Shown: one piece after another, positions 1-10,298 of the stretch
Layout of the letters: every line of letters begins with the position of its first letter
How positions within the stretch are numbered: the stretch's first letter is position 1
Notes under the pieces: generated by a model
Databases searched by the model: none
What the model was told of the DNA's origin: nothing
Seen by the model: only the letters and a program-made list of their open reading frames with translations
Assembly (NCBI GenBank): GCA_026129095.1
Contig: JAHCIT010000002.1
Location: 186,001-250,000 of the forward strand
DNA: 64,000 nt
Origin: Deltaproteobacteria bacterium
GTDB taxonomy: Bacteria; JAGRBM01; JAHCIT01
Direction: 5' to 3'
Position numbers and translations under genes: made by a program

Positions 1-492
1 GTCATCGGCTCCGGCGGCGATGATGTGGGTCTCAAGTCCGGTTTCCCTCAGCGCCGAAAAGTCCATCAGCCGGATGGGGGGGGCGACGAGCAGCAGTTTC
101 TCCACCCGCGGATCGGCCTGCGAGGTGAGAAGCGCCACATGCGCCCCGTAGCTGTACCCGGCGGCGATCACCTTCTCGAAACCGGGGGAGTTCAGGACCG
201 CCTGGCTCACCACGGCCCGGTAATCCTCGACGGCAGAGTCCGGATCCCCGGTCATCCCGCCCTGGCTCGCGCCGACACCCTTGAAGTTGAACCGCAGGCT
301 CGCGTGCTTCAGCCGGTAGAAGGCGTAGGCCATCTCGTTGAGGACCGGTGAATCCATCGAGCCGCCATACTGCGGATGCGGCGGAGCGATCACCACCGGC
401 TGCCGCTCGCCACGGTGATAGAGCCCTTCCAGATGGAGTTCCCCTTCGGGGATCACCACCATCCGCTCCAGAAACTGTCCGGGCAGGACCAT
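1..492 (-). CDS. Alpha/beta hydrolase (COG2945-like), 3' end runs off the window
   Basis: Not in the ORF track. Manual translation from ATG at 492: MVLPGQFLERMVV...PPHPQYGGSMDSPV...LRFNFKGVGASQG...GYSYG (GxSxG nucleophile elbow); open to position 1. Confidence 0.85.
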   Translation of the reverse strand, partial: MVLPGQFLERMVVIPEGELHLEGLYHRGERQPVVIAPPHPQYGGSMDSPVLNEMAYAFYRLKHASLRFNFKGVGASQGGMTGDPDSAVEDYRAVVSQAVLNSPGFEKVIAAGYSYGAHVALLTSQADPRVEKLLLVAPPIRLMDFSALRETGLETHIIAAGADD

Positions 493-501
493 CGCGGGCC
501 G

Positions 502-1023
502 TCAGTTGCCGGTGGACGAGGCAGTCCACCGGAGGATCACCGGTTCCGGCGTCACGACGATATCCACCGAACCTTCCGGACCGGGAACCAGTTGCCGCGT
601 CTTCGTGTCCAGATAGTCGGTCTGGCTGACGCTGCCATAGCCTTCGGGGGCGCCGATCCGGACCGGGTAGTTCTTGCCGTCCTGGGTCCAGAGGATCTCG
701 ACCGTGGGGTCGCCGCTCTCCAGTCCGGCAAAACGGGCCCGGTAGACCTTCGGACCGGCTTCCACGTCGTAGGCCGTGAACCTTCCCCCTCCCAAGGTGC
801 GCTCCAGAAGCCCCACGGTCCTGGAATCGGGCGACTGCCGGACGGCCGCCTTCCAGACCTGCGAACTGCCGGTTACGGGTTCCAGCACCTCGATGGTGAC
901 GAGCATCCGGAACAGGCGGGCCGCGTCGTCCCGCTTGCGGGCAGCGGCATCATCCCTGGGGGCGGCGCAGGCCGCCAGCGCGGCGGCAAAGAGAAACAGG
1001 CAGGCAGTGCGTCGGTAAACCAT
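502..1023 (-). CDS. Hypothetical lipoprotein
   Basis: 173 aa; signal peptide with lipobox LAAC; co-oriented between hpnH and the hydrolase. Confidence 0.65.
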   Translation of the reverse strand: MVYRRTACLFLFAAALAACAAPRDDAAARKRDDAARLFRMLVTIEVLEPVTGSSQVWKAAVRQSPDSRTVGLLERTLGGGRFTAYDVEAGPKVYRARFAGLESGDPTVEILWTQDGKNYPVRIGAPEGYGSVSQTDYLDTKTRQLVPGPEGSVDIVVTPEPVILRWTASSTGN

Positions 1024-1087
1024 GCGGGAGCTACCTCCGTAGCGTCCCCGGCAGGTTACCGGAAGATCAGTCAGGGGTAAAACGCTT

Positions 1088-2104
1088 TCAGCCGGTCTTC
1101 GACATCTGCCATTTGGCCATGTCGATCATGTCCTTACCGGTCATGTTGAGGACCACTGACCCCTCGAAGCCCGAGTGCATGAAGCAGTTGGCGCAGCGCG
1201 GATCCTTGCGCTTGCTGTAGTATTCCCAGTCGGTCGATTCCATCAGTTCACGATAGCTCGAATAGTGGCCGTTGGTGATGGCGTAGCACGGGCCCTTCCA
1301 GCCGCGCGGATTGCGCGTCAGGTTGGCATACGGGGCACAGTCGTAGTCGCGCTCGCCGGCGAGGAAGTCGATGTATTGCGGCGTCGAGAACATCCGGTAG
1401 CGGCCCAGCTTGGGCAGAAGTTCCTGGAACTTCGCGTGGACTTCCGCACGGGAGTGGAAGATGTGCTGGTCGTCGCTGGAGCCCAGCGCCTCGTAGCTGT
1501 ACCCGGGCGCGACGATAATGCCGTCAATGCCGAGATCGGTGAGATAGGTGAAGAGTTCATCCAGTTCCTTCCACGACGTCTGCTTGTAGACAGTGGTGTT
1601 CGTCGTGACCTGGTAGCCCAGCTTCTTGGCCTTCTTGATCTGCGCGACGGCGATATCGAAAACGCCCTTGCGCTGGACGATGGTGTCGTGGGTCTCGCGC
1701 AGCCCGTCCAGATGGACGTTGATGAACAGGTTCTGCGACGGCGGCACGCCCTTGTAGACCTTGTCCAGAAACATGGCGTTGGTGCAGAGGTAGATGTACT
1801 TGTCCTTCTCGACGAGACCGTTGATCAGTTCGTTGATGTGGCGGTAGAGCGTCGGCTCGCCGCCACAGATCGACACCACCGGAGCGCCGCACTCGTCGGC
1901 CGAGGCGAGGCACTCCTCCAGCGGAAGCTGGTCGGTGATCGTGTCCTTGTATTCGATGATCCGGCCGCAACCCTCGCAGGTGAGATTGCATGCGTGGAGC
2001 GGTTCCAGCATGAGCACCAGCGGGGTGTATTTGCTTCTCAGGAAAAACTTGTGCTTGAGGAGGTGGGCCGTAAGCGAGGCCTGCATCTTGAGAGGTGTAC
2101 GCAT
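1088..2104 (-). CDS. hpnH: Adenosylhopane synthase, radical SAM enzyme HpnH
   Basis: LMLEPLHACNLTCEGCGRI (CxxxCxxC), VSICGGEP, YLCTNA, C-terminal GPCY and DPRCANCFMHSGFE typical of HpnH. Confidence 0.92.
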   Translation of the reverse strand: MRTPLKMQASLTAHLLKHKFFLRSKYTPLVLMLEPLHACNLTCEGCGRIIEYKDTITDQLPLEECLASADECGAPVVSICGGEPTLYRHINELINGLVEKDKYIYLCTNAMFLDKVYKGVPPSQNLFINVHLDGLRETHDTIVQRKGVFDIAVAQIKKAKKLGYQVTTNTTVYKQTSWKELDELFTYLTDLGIDGIIVAPGYSYEALGSSDDQHIFHSRAEVHAKFQELLPKLGRYRMFSTPQYIDFLAGERDYDCAPYANLTRNPRGWKGPCYAITNGHYSSYRELMESTDWEYYSKRKDPRCANCFMHSGFEGSVVLNMTGKDMIDMAKWQMSKTG

Positions 2105-2351
2105 AAAGGTGTCTGTGCTGTCCCTTGCTGTTTGTTGAGAACCTGCGCCGGCTTGCGATCACACCGGCCAGCCGAGGGAAGGAACCTACCCCTCCCGCCC
2201 GGTCACCCGTTGTATCCGCCGTCACATTCGCCCCGAATATCCCGGTCAGCAGGCGAGCAGGGCTTATTCCACAGGAGCGTTAATACAGTCAATTGGGCAT
2301 TAATGCCGCTGCCCCCTTGCCCCAACTCACCGATTTCACTAGCAAAAGAGT

Positions 2352-3131
2352 ATGGCAGACCTGGAAAAAGCTGCCGGGGCGCCGGTCCTCCTCTGCGCCA
2401 CCCGGGCCGAAGCTGCGCCCATTGTCGCCCGGCTCAAGGTCCGGGCCCGGATTCCGGGCACCCCAAGATACGTCCTGTGGGGGCGGCTTGATGGGCGGGA
2501 GCCGGTCATCGTTGGGGTTTCCGGCATGGGTGGAACAGCCGCGGCTGAACTGACCCAGTGGGTTTACGACGCGCTGACCCCCTCCTGCCTCATCTGGTTC
2601 GGAGTGGCCGGGGGGCTTGCTCCGGCCCTGAAGTCCGCTGACCTCGTCATTCCCGCCAAGGTCCGGATACATCCCGACCCGTTCAACTACCAGCCGGCGG
2701 CCGCGCTGCGGGAACTGCTCGTCGAAACAGCCCGCCGCTCCGGCCATGCGCCCGGCGAAACGGCCCTGATCCAGGTGGGCGACGTGATCGCTTCCGCCGC
2801 TGCCAAGGCAAGGGCCGGCGAGGAAGGCTGCGCCGACGCCTGCGACATGGAGTCGGGGGATTTCGCCCGCGTGGCCTCCCGGCTACCGGTCCCGTGGGCG
2901 GTGATCCGGTCCATCTTCGACCCGGTTAGTGACAATCTGCCGCCCATCGCCGGGGATCTTCTGGACGACCGGGGCGGTCTGCGGCCGCTTCCCGCCCTGC
3001 GCGAGTTTCTGAAATCGCCGGGGGCCATGCTGGGCCTCAGAAAGCGGAACCAGATGGCCATGGCGGCCCTGACACCGGTCCTGCTGGAAGGGGTACGGGG
3101 GTTTGCGAGGCAGCAGGCTGCCGGCAGCTAG
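2352..3131 (+). CDS. Hopanoid-associated nucleoside phosphorylase (HpnG-like, PNP/MTAN fold)
   Basis: SGMG, FGVAGGL, DMES and IRSIFD motifs of the PNP_UDP_1 family; divergent from hpnH. Confidence 0.75.
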   Translation: MADLEKAAGAPVLLCATRAEAAPIVARLKVRARIPGTPRYVLWGRLDGREPVIVGVSGMGGTAAAELTQWVYDALTPSCLIWFGVAGGLAPALKSADLVIPAKVRIHPDPFNYQPAAALRELLVETARRSGHAPGETALIQVGDVIASAAAKARAGEEGCADACDMESGDFARVASRLPVPWAVIRSIFDPVSDNLPPIAGDLLDDRGGLRPLPALREFLKSPGAMLGLRKRNQMAMAALTPVLLEGVRGFARQQAAGS

Positions 3132-4846
3132 CCAACTTGCTGAAGCCGGTAGGACGCACCTGGCGGGGGCTTCATCGGCTGGTTCCGCGCACGGATGACG
3201 GCACGGACCGACTCGTAGATGAACATGGCCGCCAGCGCCAGCATCCCGGCGGCAACGATGCCGTTCAGGACCGCCGGTTCGAACTCGAAGCCGTCCTTGC
3301 GGACATGGCTGACGCCCGCACCCGCCTGGATCACCAGTGCCGACACGGTGACGGCCAGCACGAACAGCATGGGAAGCAGGGTGAACCAGTAGCGGCGGCC
3401 TGTCCGGTAGAGCCAGACCGTCACGACCATCAGGGTAAAGCAGGCCAGAAGCTGGTTCGACGTGCCGAACAGGACCCAGAACTTGCGCCAGGCACCCTGC
3501 CCGCCAGAAAAGAGCACGGCGAGCGGCGCACCTGCCGTGGCAGCGGTGGCGAGCAGCGCCGAACGGCGGCTGGTGGAACCGGTGAGCTCCTGGAGCAGGT
3601 ACCGGCCAAGGCGGGTGGCCACGTCCAGCGTGTCAAACACGAACGTGGAAAAGGCCATCGCGCCGAAAGTGGCGGCAAAGAGGAAAGCCTCCTTGCCGAG
3701 AAAGACCGTCAGGAACGATGCGATGCCGTCGCCGTAGAGCTTGCCGGGACCGCGCCCGGCGATATCGGAAGGGGCGACGATCATGATCGTCGCCAGCGCA
3801 ATAACGGCGACGAACCCCTCCAGAAGCATTGCGCCGAAACCCACGGGCTTGCAGTCGGTCTCCCGGGCGATCTGCTTGGAGGTGGTTCCGCCGCACACCA
3901 GTCCGTGAAATCCCGAACAGGCCCCGCAGGCTATCGTCACGAACAGGAAGGGGAACAGGAGTTCCTGGAAGCCGGAACCGGCGGGGGATTTGAACGCCGG
4001 CTGCCGGATATCGAAGCCGCCGAAGAAAATGCCCGCGATGCCTGCCCCCAGCGCCAGGTACAGGACAAATCCGCCCAGGTACCCCCGCGACTGCTGCAGC
4101 AGCCACAGGGGCAGGAGTGATGCGGCAAAGCAGTAGGCCAGTATCGCCAGGCGCCAGGCGCCGATATCGAAGACGAGCACGTTGCTGACCTTCGTCCCGA
4201 GCCACACGACGCCGAGCGTCGCCGGAACGAACACCAGCGTCATCAGCGTCATGGAAGGGTTCCAGCGCTTCTGGATCCATCCCATGAGCAGGGCAAGCAG
4301 CAGGTACATCGTGCTGGCGGCGGCCACCGCCCCGCCCTTGTTGAAGGCGAAGTTCCCTTCGAGTTCCTCGGCCTGGCCGAGGAACGTCTCGGCGGTCACG
4401 TCCGTGAAGGCGACGATTACGTAGACGAGCGCGATCCAGATGAACGCGACCAGCACCAGCCAGGCCCGGTGGCTGATGTTGGCGCGGGTAATCTCGGCGA
4501 CCGAATGGGCCCCATGCCGGACAGAGGCCACCAGCGCCGAAAAGTCATGGACCGCGCCGATCAGGATGACGCCCAGGACGATCCAGATGAGACACGGTCC
4601 CCAGCCGAAGACAAGGCAGGCGGCGATGGGCCCCACGATGGGGCCCGCCGCGGCGATGGCCGAAAAGTGCTGCCCGAGCAGGTAAAACGGCCGGGTGGGA
4701 ACGAAATCGACTCCATCGTTCTTCTGGACGGCGGGGGTTTCGGCAGCGGGATCGAGGTTGTACTGCCCGGCCACGAACCGGCCGTACAGGACGTAACCGG
4801 CCGCCAGGAGCAGGATAACGGCGGCGGCCAGAAGCTCCAGCGACAT
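3128..4846 (-). CDS. cstA: Carbon starvation protein CstA family transporter
   Basis: TPA..NDGVDFVPT, GQHFSAIAAAGPIVGP, GAVHDF, IACGACSGFH, FGTSNQLLA; many TM helices. Confidence 0.92.
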   Translation of the reverse strand: MSLELLAAAVILLLAAGYVLYGRFVAGQYNLDPAAETPAVQKNDGVDFVPTRPFYLLGQHFSAIAAAGPIVGPIAACLVFGWGPCLIWIVLGVILIGAVHDFSALVASVRHGAHSVAEITRANISHRAWLVLVAFIWIALVYVIVAFTDVTAETFLGQAEELEGNFAFNKGGAVAAASTMYLLLALLMGWIQKRWNPSMTLMTLVFVPATLGVVWLGTKVSNVLVFDIGAWRLAILAYCFAASLLPLWLLQQSRGYLGGFVLYLALGAGIAGIFFGGFDIRQPAFKSPAGSGFQELLFPFLFVTIACGACSGFHGLVCGGTTSKQIARETDCKPVGFGAMLLEGFVAVIALATIMIVAPSDIAGRGPGKLYGDGIASFLTVFLGKEAFLFAATFGAMAFSTFVFDTLDVATRLGRYLLQELTGSTSRRSALLATAATAGAPLAVLFSGGQGAWRKFWVLFGTSNQLLACFTLMVVTVWLYRTGRRYWFTLLPMLFVLAVTVSALVIQAGAGVSHVRKDGFEFEPAVLNGIVAAGMLALAAMFIYESVRAVIRARNQPMKPPPGASYRLQQVG

Positions 4847-5065
4847 GAGAATCCTTCCCGGCCCGTTCCGTAGCGGCGTGACGTCTGTATAGCACGGGAG
4901 GCACCTGAAGCCGCAAACGGCCGCCGGAAGCCGGAAAAGATGCCGGTCCGGCCCAGGGCTGTCGCCAGCCGCCGCGGAATTGTGCTAATAGCCACGTCAC
5001 AACTAGGGTTCCGGAAGGGGAGGCTGGAAAAGCCCGGCGGGCATCCGGCCAGAACGAGAAGACTT

Positions 5066-6985
5066 ATGGGAAGAACGATCGGTATCGACCTTGGTACCAG
5101 CAACTCCTGCGTTGCCACCTGGCGGGATTCCGGACCGGAAATCCTGCTCGACTCAAAAGGCTACAACACGACGCCCTCTTACGTCGCCATCAATTCGCGC
5201 GGAAAGCTGATTGTCGGCCATCTGGCGAAAAGCCAGGTGATCACCAATCCGTTCCAGACGGTCTACGCCGCCAAGCGGCTCATCGGCCGCCGGTTTACCG
5301 ACGAGTCGGTCAAGATCGCCCAGCAGTTCATCTCCTATTCGCTCAAGGAAGGCCCGCATGGCGACGTGCAGATACAGCTCGCCGACCGTGTCTACTCGCC
5401 GATCGAGATATCCGCGCTGATCCTGAAAAAGCTGAAAAAGGTCGCCGAGCAGCAGGTCAAGGAAAAGGTGACCGATGCGGTCATTACCGTTCCGGCCTAC
5501 TTCAACGACACACAGCGCAAGGCGACCAAGGATGCGGGCGAGATCGCGGGCCTGAACGTGCTGCGGCTCATCAACGAGCCGACGGCCGCCGCCCTGGCCT
5601 ATGGCTACAAGGAAGACGTTGACAAGAACATCGCCATCTTCGATCTCGGCGGCGGCACCTTCGACGTGACCGTGCTGTCAATCTCCAAGGGTGTCTACGA
5701 GGTGCTTGCCACCGGCGGGGATTCGTACCTGGGCGGCGAGGATTTCGACAACCGGCTCGTGGAATACCTGATCAAGGATTTCCGCAAGAAGTCCGGCATC
5801 GACCTGTCGAACGACAAGATGGCGCACCAGCGCCTGAAGGATGCGGCCGAGTCCGCCAAGCGCGAGCTGTCCGCAAAGGAGTCGGCCACCGTCTCCCTGC
5901 CCTTCATCGCGCCCACATCCGAAAGTTCGCCCCATCTGGAAGTGACCATCCAGCGCCAGATGTTCGAGAGCCTGACCCGCGACCTGATCGACCGCTGCGT
6001 CCATATCTGCGACCAGGTGGTGCAGGAGTCGGGACTGAAGGTGACGGACCTGGCCGACATCCTTCTGGTCGGCGGCCAGACCCGGATGCCCCGCGTCCGG
6101 CAGCTCATCAAGGATTTCTTCAAGCTGGAACCCTCCAAGCGGGTGCACCCGGACGAGGCCGTGGCGCTGGGCGCCTCCATCCAGGCGCATATCCTCTCCA
6201 CCGGCGGCACGATACAGGTGCAGGTTCCCGAGCAGGCGGCGATTCCAACGGTACGGGTGGAGCCGCCCGCTCCCGTACCTGAGCCGGCAGAGGAAGCCCC
6301 CACACTCGAACTCCAGGATGCGGTTTCTGCGGAGAGCGCTCCGGAAGAAGTCCCCCTGGAGCTTACCGAAACGGCGACCGGCGCCTCCACCGATGAACCT
6401 CCCGCCGTGGAAGAAGACCCTTTCGCCCACCTGGACGCACTGCCGCTGACAGCGAAAGCCCCGGCCCCCAGGCCGGCGGCCCCGCCACCTGCACCGGCAC
6501 CGCCCCGCCGGCCCACCGGCGAGGCCAACGTGAAGCCGTTCAAGCGGGTGCTGATCGACGTGACGCCCATGTCCCTCGGCATTGCCACGTTCGGCGACAC
6601 CGCATTCGTCATCATTCCGAAGAACACGACGGTTCCCACGAAGAAATCGAAGGTGTTCACCACGGTCAAGGACAACCAGGAAAACGTGCGGATCATCTGC
6701 ACGCAGGGTGAATCGAAAACCTCATCCGAAAACACCTTCCTGGGCGAGGTCGTGCTCGACATGCCGCTGCCCAACCGCCGCGGGGTGCCGCAGATCGAGG
6801 TGACGTTCTATCTCAACACCGACGGCATCCTCTCCGTGTCGGCCCTCGACAAGAAGACGAACCAGAAGAAGGAAATCCGCATCGAGGCCGAGTCGACCCT
6901 GAGCGCCGACGAGGTGAAGTCCCTTGCTTCCAAATACGAGCACATGGACTTCTCCGGCGATTCCGAGGAGATTGCGGCGATCTAG
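5066..6985 (+). CDS. Hsp70/DnaK family paralogue with linker insertion and truncated lid
   Basis: IGIDLGTSNS, TVPAYFND, INEPTAAALAYG, FDLGGGTFD, LVGGQTRMP, DVTPMSLG; start moved to ATG 5066 (MGRTIGIDLG). Confidence 0.92.
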   Translation: MGRTIGIDLGTSNSCVATWRDSGPEILLDSKGYNTTPSYVAINSRGKLIVGHLAKSQVITNPFQTVYAAKRLIGRRFTDESVKIAQQFISYSLKEGPHGDVQIQLADRVYSPIEISALILKKLKKVAEQQVKEKVTDAVITVPAYFNDTQRKATKDAGEIAGLNVLRLINEPTAAALAYGYKEDVDKNIAIFDLGGGTFDVTVLSISKGVYEVLATGGDSYLGGEDFDNRLVEYLIKDFRKKSGIDLSNDKMAHQRLKDAAESAKRELSAKESATVSLPFIAPTSESSPHLEVTIQRQMFESLTRDLIDRCVHICDQVVQESGLKVTDLADILLVGGQTRMPRVRQLIKDFFKLEPSKRVHPDEAVALGASIQAHILSTGGTIQVQVPEQAAIPTVRVEPPAPVPEPAEEAPTLELQDAVSAESAPEEVPLELTETATGASTDEPPAVEEDPFAHLDALPLTAKAPAPRPAAPPPAPAPPRRPTGEANVKPFKRVLIDVTPMSLGIATFGDTAFVIIPKNTTVPTKKSKVFTTVKDNQENVRIICTQGESKTSSENTFLGEVVLDMPLPNRRGVPQIEVTFYLNTDGILSVSALDKKTNQKKEIRIEAESTLSADEVKSLASKYEHMDFSGDSEEIAAI

Positions 6986-6987
6986 GC

Positions 6988-7998
6988 ATGGGGAAGACGG
7001 TACTCGTCACAGGGGCGAGCGGATTCATCGGCAGCCATCTTGCCGAGGCCCTGCTCGGCGACGGCCACGAAGTCCGGACGATCGTCAGGCGGCCGGAAAC
7101 GCTGGAGCGGCACGGCTTTGCGAGACACCCCGGTTTCCGCGCCTTCCAGGGCGACCTGCTGGAACCACGGTCCATTACAGAAGCCTGCAGGGGGGTGCAG
7201 CAGGTCTACCATCTCGCGGGGATCATCTCGACACGGACAGGCGACCGCAAGAAACTGTTCGACATCAACGTCAAGGGCTCGGTCAACCTCATGAACGCCC
7301 TCAAGGAGACGCGGCCGGAAAAGATCGTCTACCTCGCCTCGATCTTCGCGCTCGCCAAGGGCGAACGCCACCGCCCCGCCACCGAGGAGAGTTTCTACAA
7401 CCTGGAAGATGTCCATGTGGACTACTTCGAGAGCAAGCGGGCAGCCCAGCTCGAAATGGAAAAGTTCGAGATGGACGGCATGCCGGTGGTCTATGTGTAT
7501 CCCGGCTTCTGCTACGGGCCGGGGGATATCTACGTTTCCAGTTCGGTCTTTATCCTGAGTTTTCTCAGGGGCGAACTGCCGGTCCTGTTCGACGGCGGGC
7601 AGAACATTCTCGACGTCCGCGACTGCGCCCGGGGGCTGATACAGGGGATGGAAAAGGGAGTGGTCGGACGCAAATACCTGATCGGCGACCACAACCTGAC
7701 GTTCAAGGAACTGGCCGCCGCACTGGCGACCGTTACCGGGAAAAAGGCCCCGTCGGTCGCGCTGCCCCGCCCGCTGGTGATGGGGCTCGGTTTCGTCGCC
7801 GAAAAGCTGGCGCCCAGGTTCCCCCTGAACCGCCAGTCCGCCGAGGCGGCCTGCCACTACTGGTTCTACGATACCTCCCGGGCCCGGCGGGAACTGGGCT
7901 ATTCCGGCCGTCCGCTGGAGGAGACGCTCCGCGACGCGGTCGCCTGGTTCCGGGAAAACGGCTACGACCAGCGCGGCTTCAAGCCGCCGGTCCACTGA
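6988..7998 (+). CDS. NAD-dependent epimerase/dehydratase, HpnA/dihydroflavonol-reductase-like
   Basis: TGASGFIG Rossmann motif, YFESK (YxxxK), YGPGD, DVRDCA, ARRELGY. Confidence 0.8.
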   Translation: MGKTVLVTGASGFIGSHLAEALLGDGHEVRTIVRRPETLERHGFARHPGFRAFQGDLLEPRSITEACRGVQQVYHLAGIISTRTGDRKKLFDINVKGSVNLMNALKETRPEKIVYLASIFALAKGERHRPATEESFYNLEDVHVDYFESKRAAQLEMEKFEMDGMPVVYVYPGFCYGPGDIYVSSSVFILSFLRGELPVLFDGGQNILDVRDCARGLIQGMEKGVVGRKYLIGDHNLTFKELAAALATVTGKKAPSVALPRPLVMGLGFVAEKLAPRFPLNRQSAEAACHYWFYDTSRARRELGYSGRPLEETLRDAVAWFRENGYDQRGFKPPVH

Positions 7999-8082
7999 CC
8001 GGGGCACCCCTCGATTCCAGCGGTTTTCACGGCTATACTTCCATCGCTTGAATCTGCTGGAATATCCAGTATTTAGGGCCCC

Positions 8083-9195
8083 GTGACGCGAACCATCGTA
8101 CATATTGACGACGACCCGTCCATCCTAGACCTCGTGGCCAGTTCACTGACCGAGCCCGGTTCGACGGAAGTGGTTTCCGTGCGCGATCCCGACAAGGCAG
8201 TTGAAACGATCGGCAAGCTCCGGCCGGACCTGATCCTGTGCGACATCAACCTGCCGGAGCGGGACGGCTTCTCGCTGGTGGAAGAGCTGCGCCGCTGGCC
8301 GGTTTCCATCAACGCGCCGGTGATTTTCGTCTCTGGCGTCTCCGACGAGGCACAGGTGGAGCGCGCCTTCGGCCTCGGCGCGGCGGATTTCGTCCGCAAG
8401 CCGTTCCGACCCTCCGAACTGAAAGCCCGGGTCATGGCCCGGCTGGGAGCGCATACCGCCACCCGGGCCACGGGCAGCGGCATGAGCCCCGACGTGCGCG
8501 GATCGCTGGCCATGATGAGCGTCGGCGACCTGTTCAATGCCGTCGAACTGGGGCGCAAGAGCGGCGTGCTGAAGCTGGCGTGCAGCGATATTTCGGGCGA
8601 GATCCGGTTCCGGGGCGGGCGGATCGTGGCCGCCCAGTGCAGCGACGGCACCGCCGGAGAAATGGCTGCCTACCGGCTCTGTATCCAGACGGACGGAGCG
8701 TTCGAGATGCAGTTCATGCCGGAGGCGCAGATCGAGGGGAAAATCGATCTCTCTCCCCAGTTCGTCCTCATGGAGGCATTCCGCCTCCAGGACGAAGGCG
8801 CCCTCTCGAAGCCCACGGCTCCGTCGCCGGCGGCACCTGCCCATGGCTCCGAAATACAGTCCCTGCTCGATGTCTTTGACCGCGCCATCGCCCATTCCCG
8901 CAAGACCGCGCATTCCTCGGTCGTGCGGAACTATCTGGAAGAGTCCCGCCGGATCCTCCCGCGCCAGTGGCGCGAAAGCTGCCAGGCCGGTTCCCGCGAC
9001 GGAACTCTGGAGGGCGAACCAGTCATCATGCTGCAGCCGGGCACCCAGGGAGCAGAGAGCCTGCTCAAGGCATGGATCTCGGAGTTCATCAAGCGCGGGC
9101 AGTATTCCGAGCCCAAGACGTTTTCCCGCAGTTCCATCCTTGATGCCGGCGTGACGGACGCCGGCCTGCTGGACGCCATCGGCATCCGGAACTAG
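8083..9195 (+). CDS. Response regulator receiver plus DUF4388 (PatA-N-like) domain protein
   Basis: IDDD, LCDINLPERDG, RKPF receiver motifs; then GSL...DLF...KSGVL...GEIRFRGGRIVAA...GAFE. Confidence 0.85.
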   Translation: MTRTIVHIDDDPSILDLVASSLTEPGSTEVVSVRDPDKAVETIGKLRPDLILCDINLPERDGFSLVEELRRWPVSINAPVIFVSGVSDEAQVERAFGLGAADFVRKPFRPSELKARVMARLGAHTATRATGSGMSPDVRGSLAMMSVGDLFNAVELGRKSGVLKLACSDISGEIRFRGGRIVAAQCSDGTAGEMAAYRLCIQTDGAFEMQFMPEAQIEGKIDLSPQFVLMEAFRLQDEGALSKPTAPSPAAPAHGSEIQSLLDVFDRAIAHSRKTAHSSVVRNYLEESRRILPRQWRESCQAGSRDGTLEGEPVIMLQPGTQGAESLLKAWISEFIKRGQYSEPKTFSRSSILDAGVTDAGLLDAIGIRN

Positions 9196-9199
9196 GCCG

Positions 9200-10216
9200 T
9201 CAGGCGGAACTCCCCTCGGCAAAAGACTGGCTCACGCGGGCGCTGATGATCCGCGCATAGGCCGCCGGAAGCCGGTTCACAGCCAGAAGCAGCGGTCCGA
9301 TGTCGGTGTCGATCGACTTCTGCGGGCCGGCGTCGGCATACACGATATTCACCACCCGGCCGCCCACATGGACCGGCACAAGCAGCGAGTTGCCGCGCTG
9401 CTTGACCAGCACCTTTCGGATCAGGTCGTTGGTGGGCGACCGCGGGATGCTGCCGAGATAGTGCCCGGGGTGTTTTACCACCGCATCGAATATTGACGGC
9501 TTGTCGAGCGTCACGGCAATGGCACGGACCAGATCCCTGTCGATCCCCTCCCCGGCGCCGTCCCAGCCGAACACGATGTCTTTCCGCACCAGGAAGAACA
9601 CCGCCCGCCCGACCGTCCGGGCAGCCAGGGTCACGACGGCACGGACCGCCTCGTCCCGGGTGGAAGACGTCTCGATGGATGGCGGCGGCGCGGAACTGGC
9701 GCGCAGGGCGGCGGCGGCTTCGGTCCGGCGCTGGTACGACCGGATCGAACGGTCGATGTAATCGACATTGTGCTCCTCGTACCGCCAGCTCGGGTCCAGC
9801 CCGCAATAGGTTTCCAGCAGCGAGATCATCGTCAGCTCGCTCACGACAAACGGCTTCACGATGAGGCCGGTCGAGTAGGCGATTTCCGCCTTCACCACGT
9901 GTTCGCCCGGATGGACCATGAGAAGGTACAGGGTCTTCGACTCCACCCGGTACGGAAACACCCTGGCGCTCACGCACCGCTCGCGGCCGATCCGCTCGAC
10001 CAGCGCCGGATCGATGGCCGCCCGGTCCACGGCGATGGTCGGCAGGCCATACTGCCGGGAGAGGCACAGGGCCACCTGGTCTTCGGTGAGCACGCCCATC
10101 TCGACCAGGTTGGTGGCGAGCTGGCCCCCATAGACGGCCTGGTGGCGGATCGCCTCCTCGATCTGCTCCCGCGTGGCGAGACGCTCCTTGAGCAGAAGGC
10201 GGGCTAGCAGTTCCAT
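9200..10216 (-). CDS. GSPII_N/MshEN-like domain protein with C-terminal GAF-like region, no ATPase
   Basis: N-terminus LLARLLLKERLATREQIEEAIRHQ...GGQLATNLVEMG...LSRQYG and LYLLMVHP resemble PilB/GspE N-terminal domains; no Walker A motif. Confidence 0.7.
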   Translation of the reverse strand: MELLARLLLKERLATREQIEEAIRHQAVYGGQLATNLVEMGVLTEDQVALCLSRQYGLPTIAVDRAAIDPALVERIGRERCVSARVFPYRVESKTLYLLMVHPGEHVVKAEIAYSTGLIVKPFVVSELTMISLLETYCGLDPSWRYEEHNVDYIDRSIRSYQRRTEAAAALRASSAPPPSIETSSTRDEAVRAVVTLAARTVGRAVFFLVRKDIVFGWDGAGEGIDRDLVRAIAVTLDKPSIFDAVVKHPGHYLGSIPRSPTNDLIRKVLVKQRGNSLLVPVHVGGRVVNIVYADAGPQKSIDTDIGPLLLAVNRLPAAYARIISARVSQSFAEGSSA

Positions 10217-10298
10217 GCGGTCAATTAAGACCGATTGGCGCCCAAAAAGGGAGTGCCCGCCGGTGGTCCGGTGCGGGCGGACCAGCTAATGTTGCCGC

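Noticed and set aside
25-529. ORF-track calls 25..351 (+) and 32..529 (-)
   Set aside because: The real gene is the alpha/beta hydrolase in another minus frame (492 to <1), missed by the track because its stop lies outside the window.
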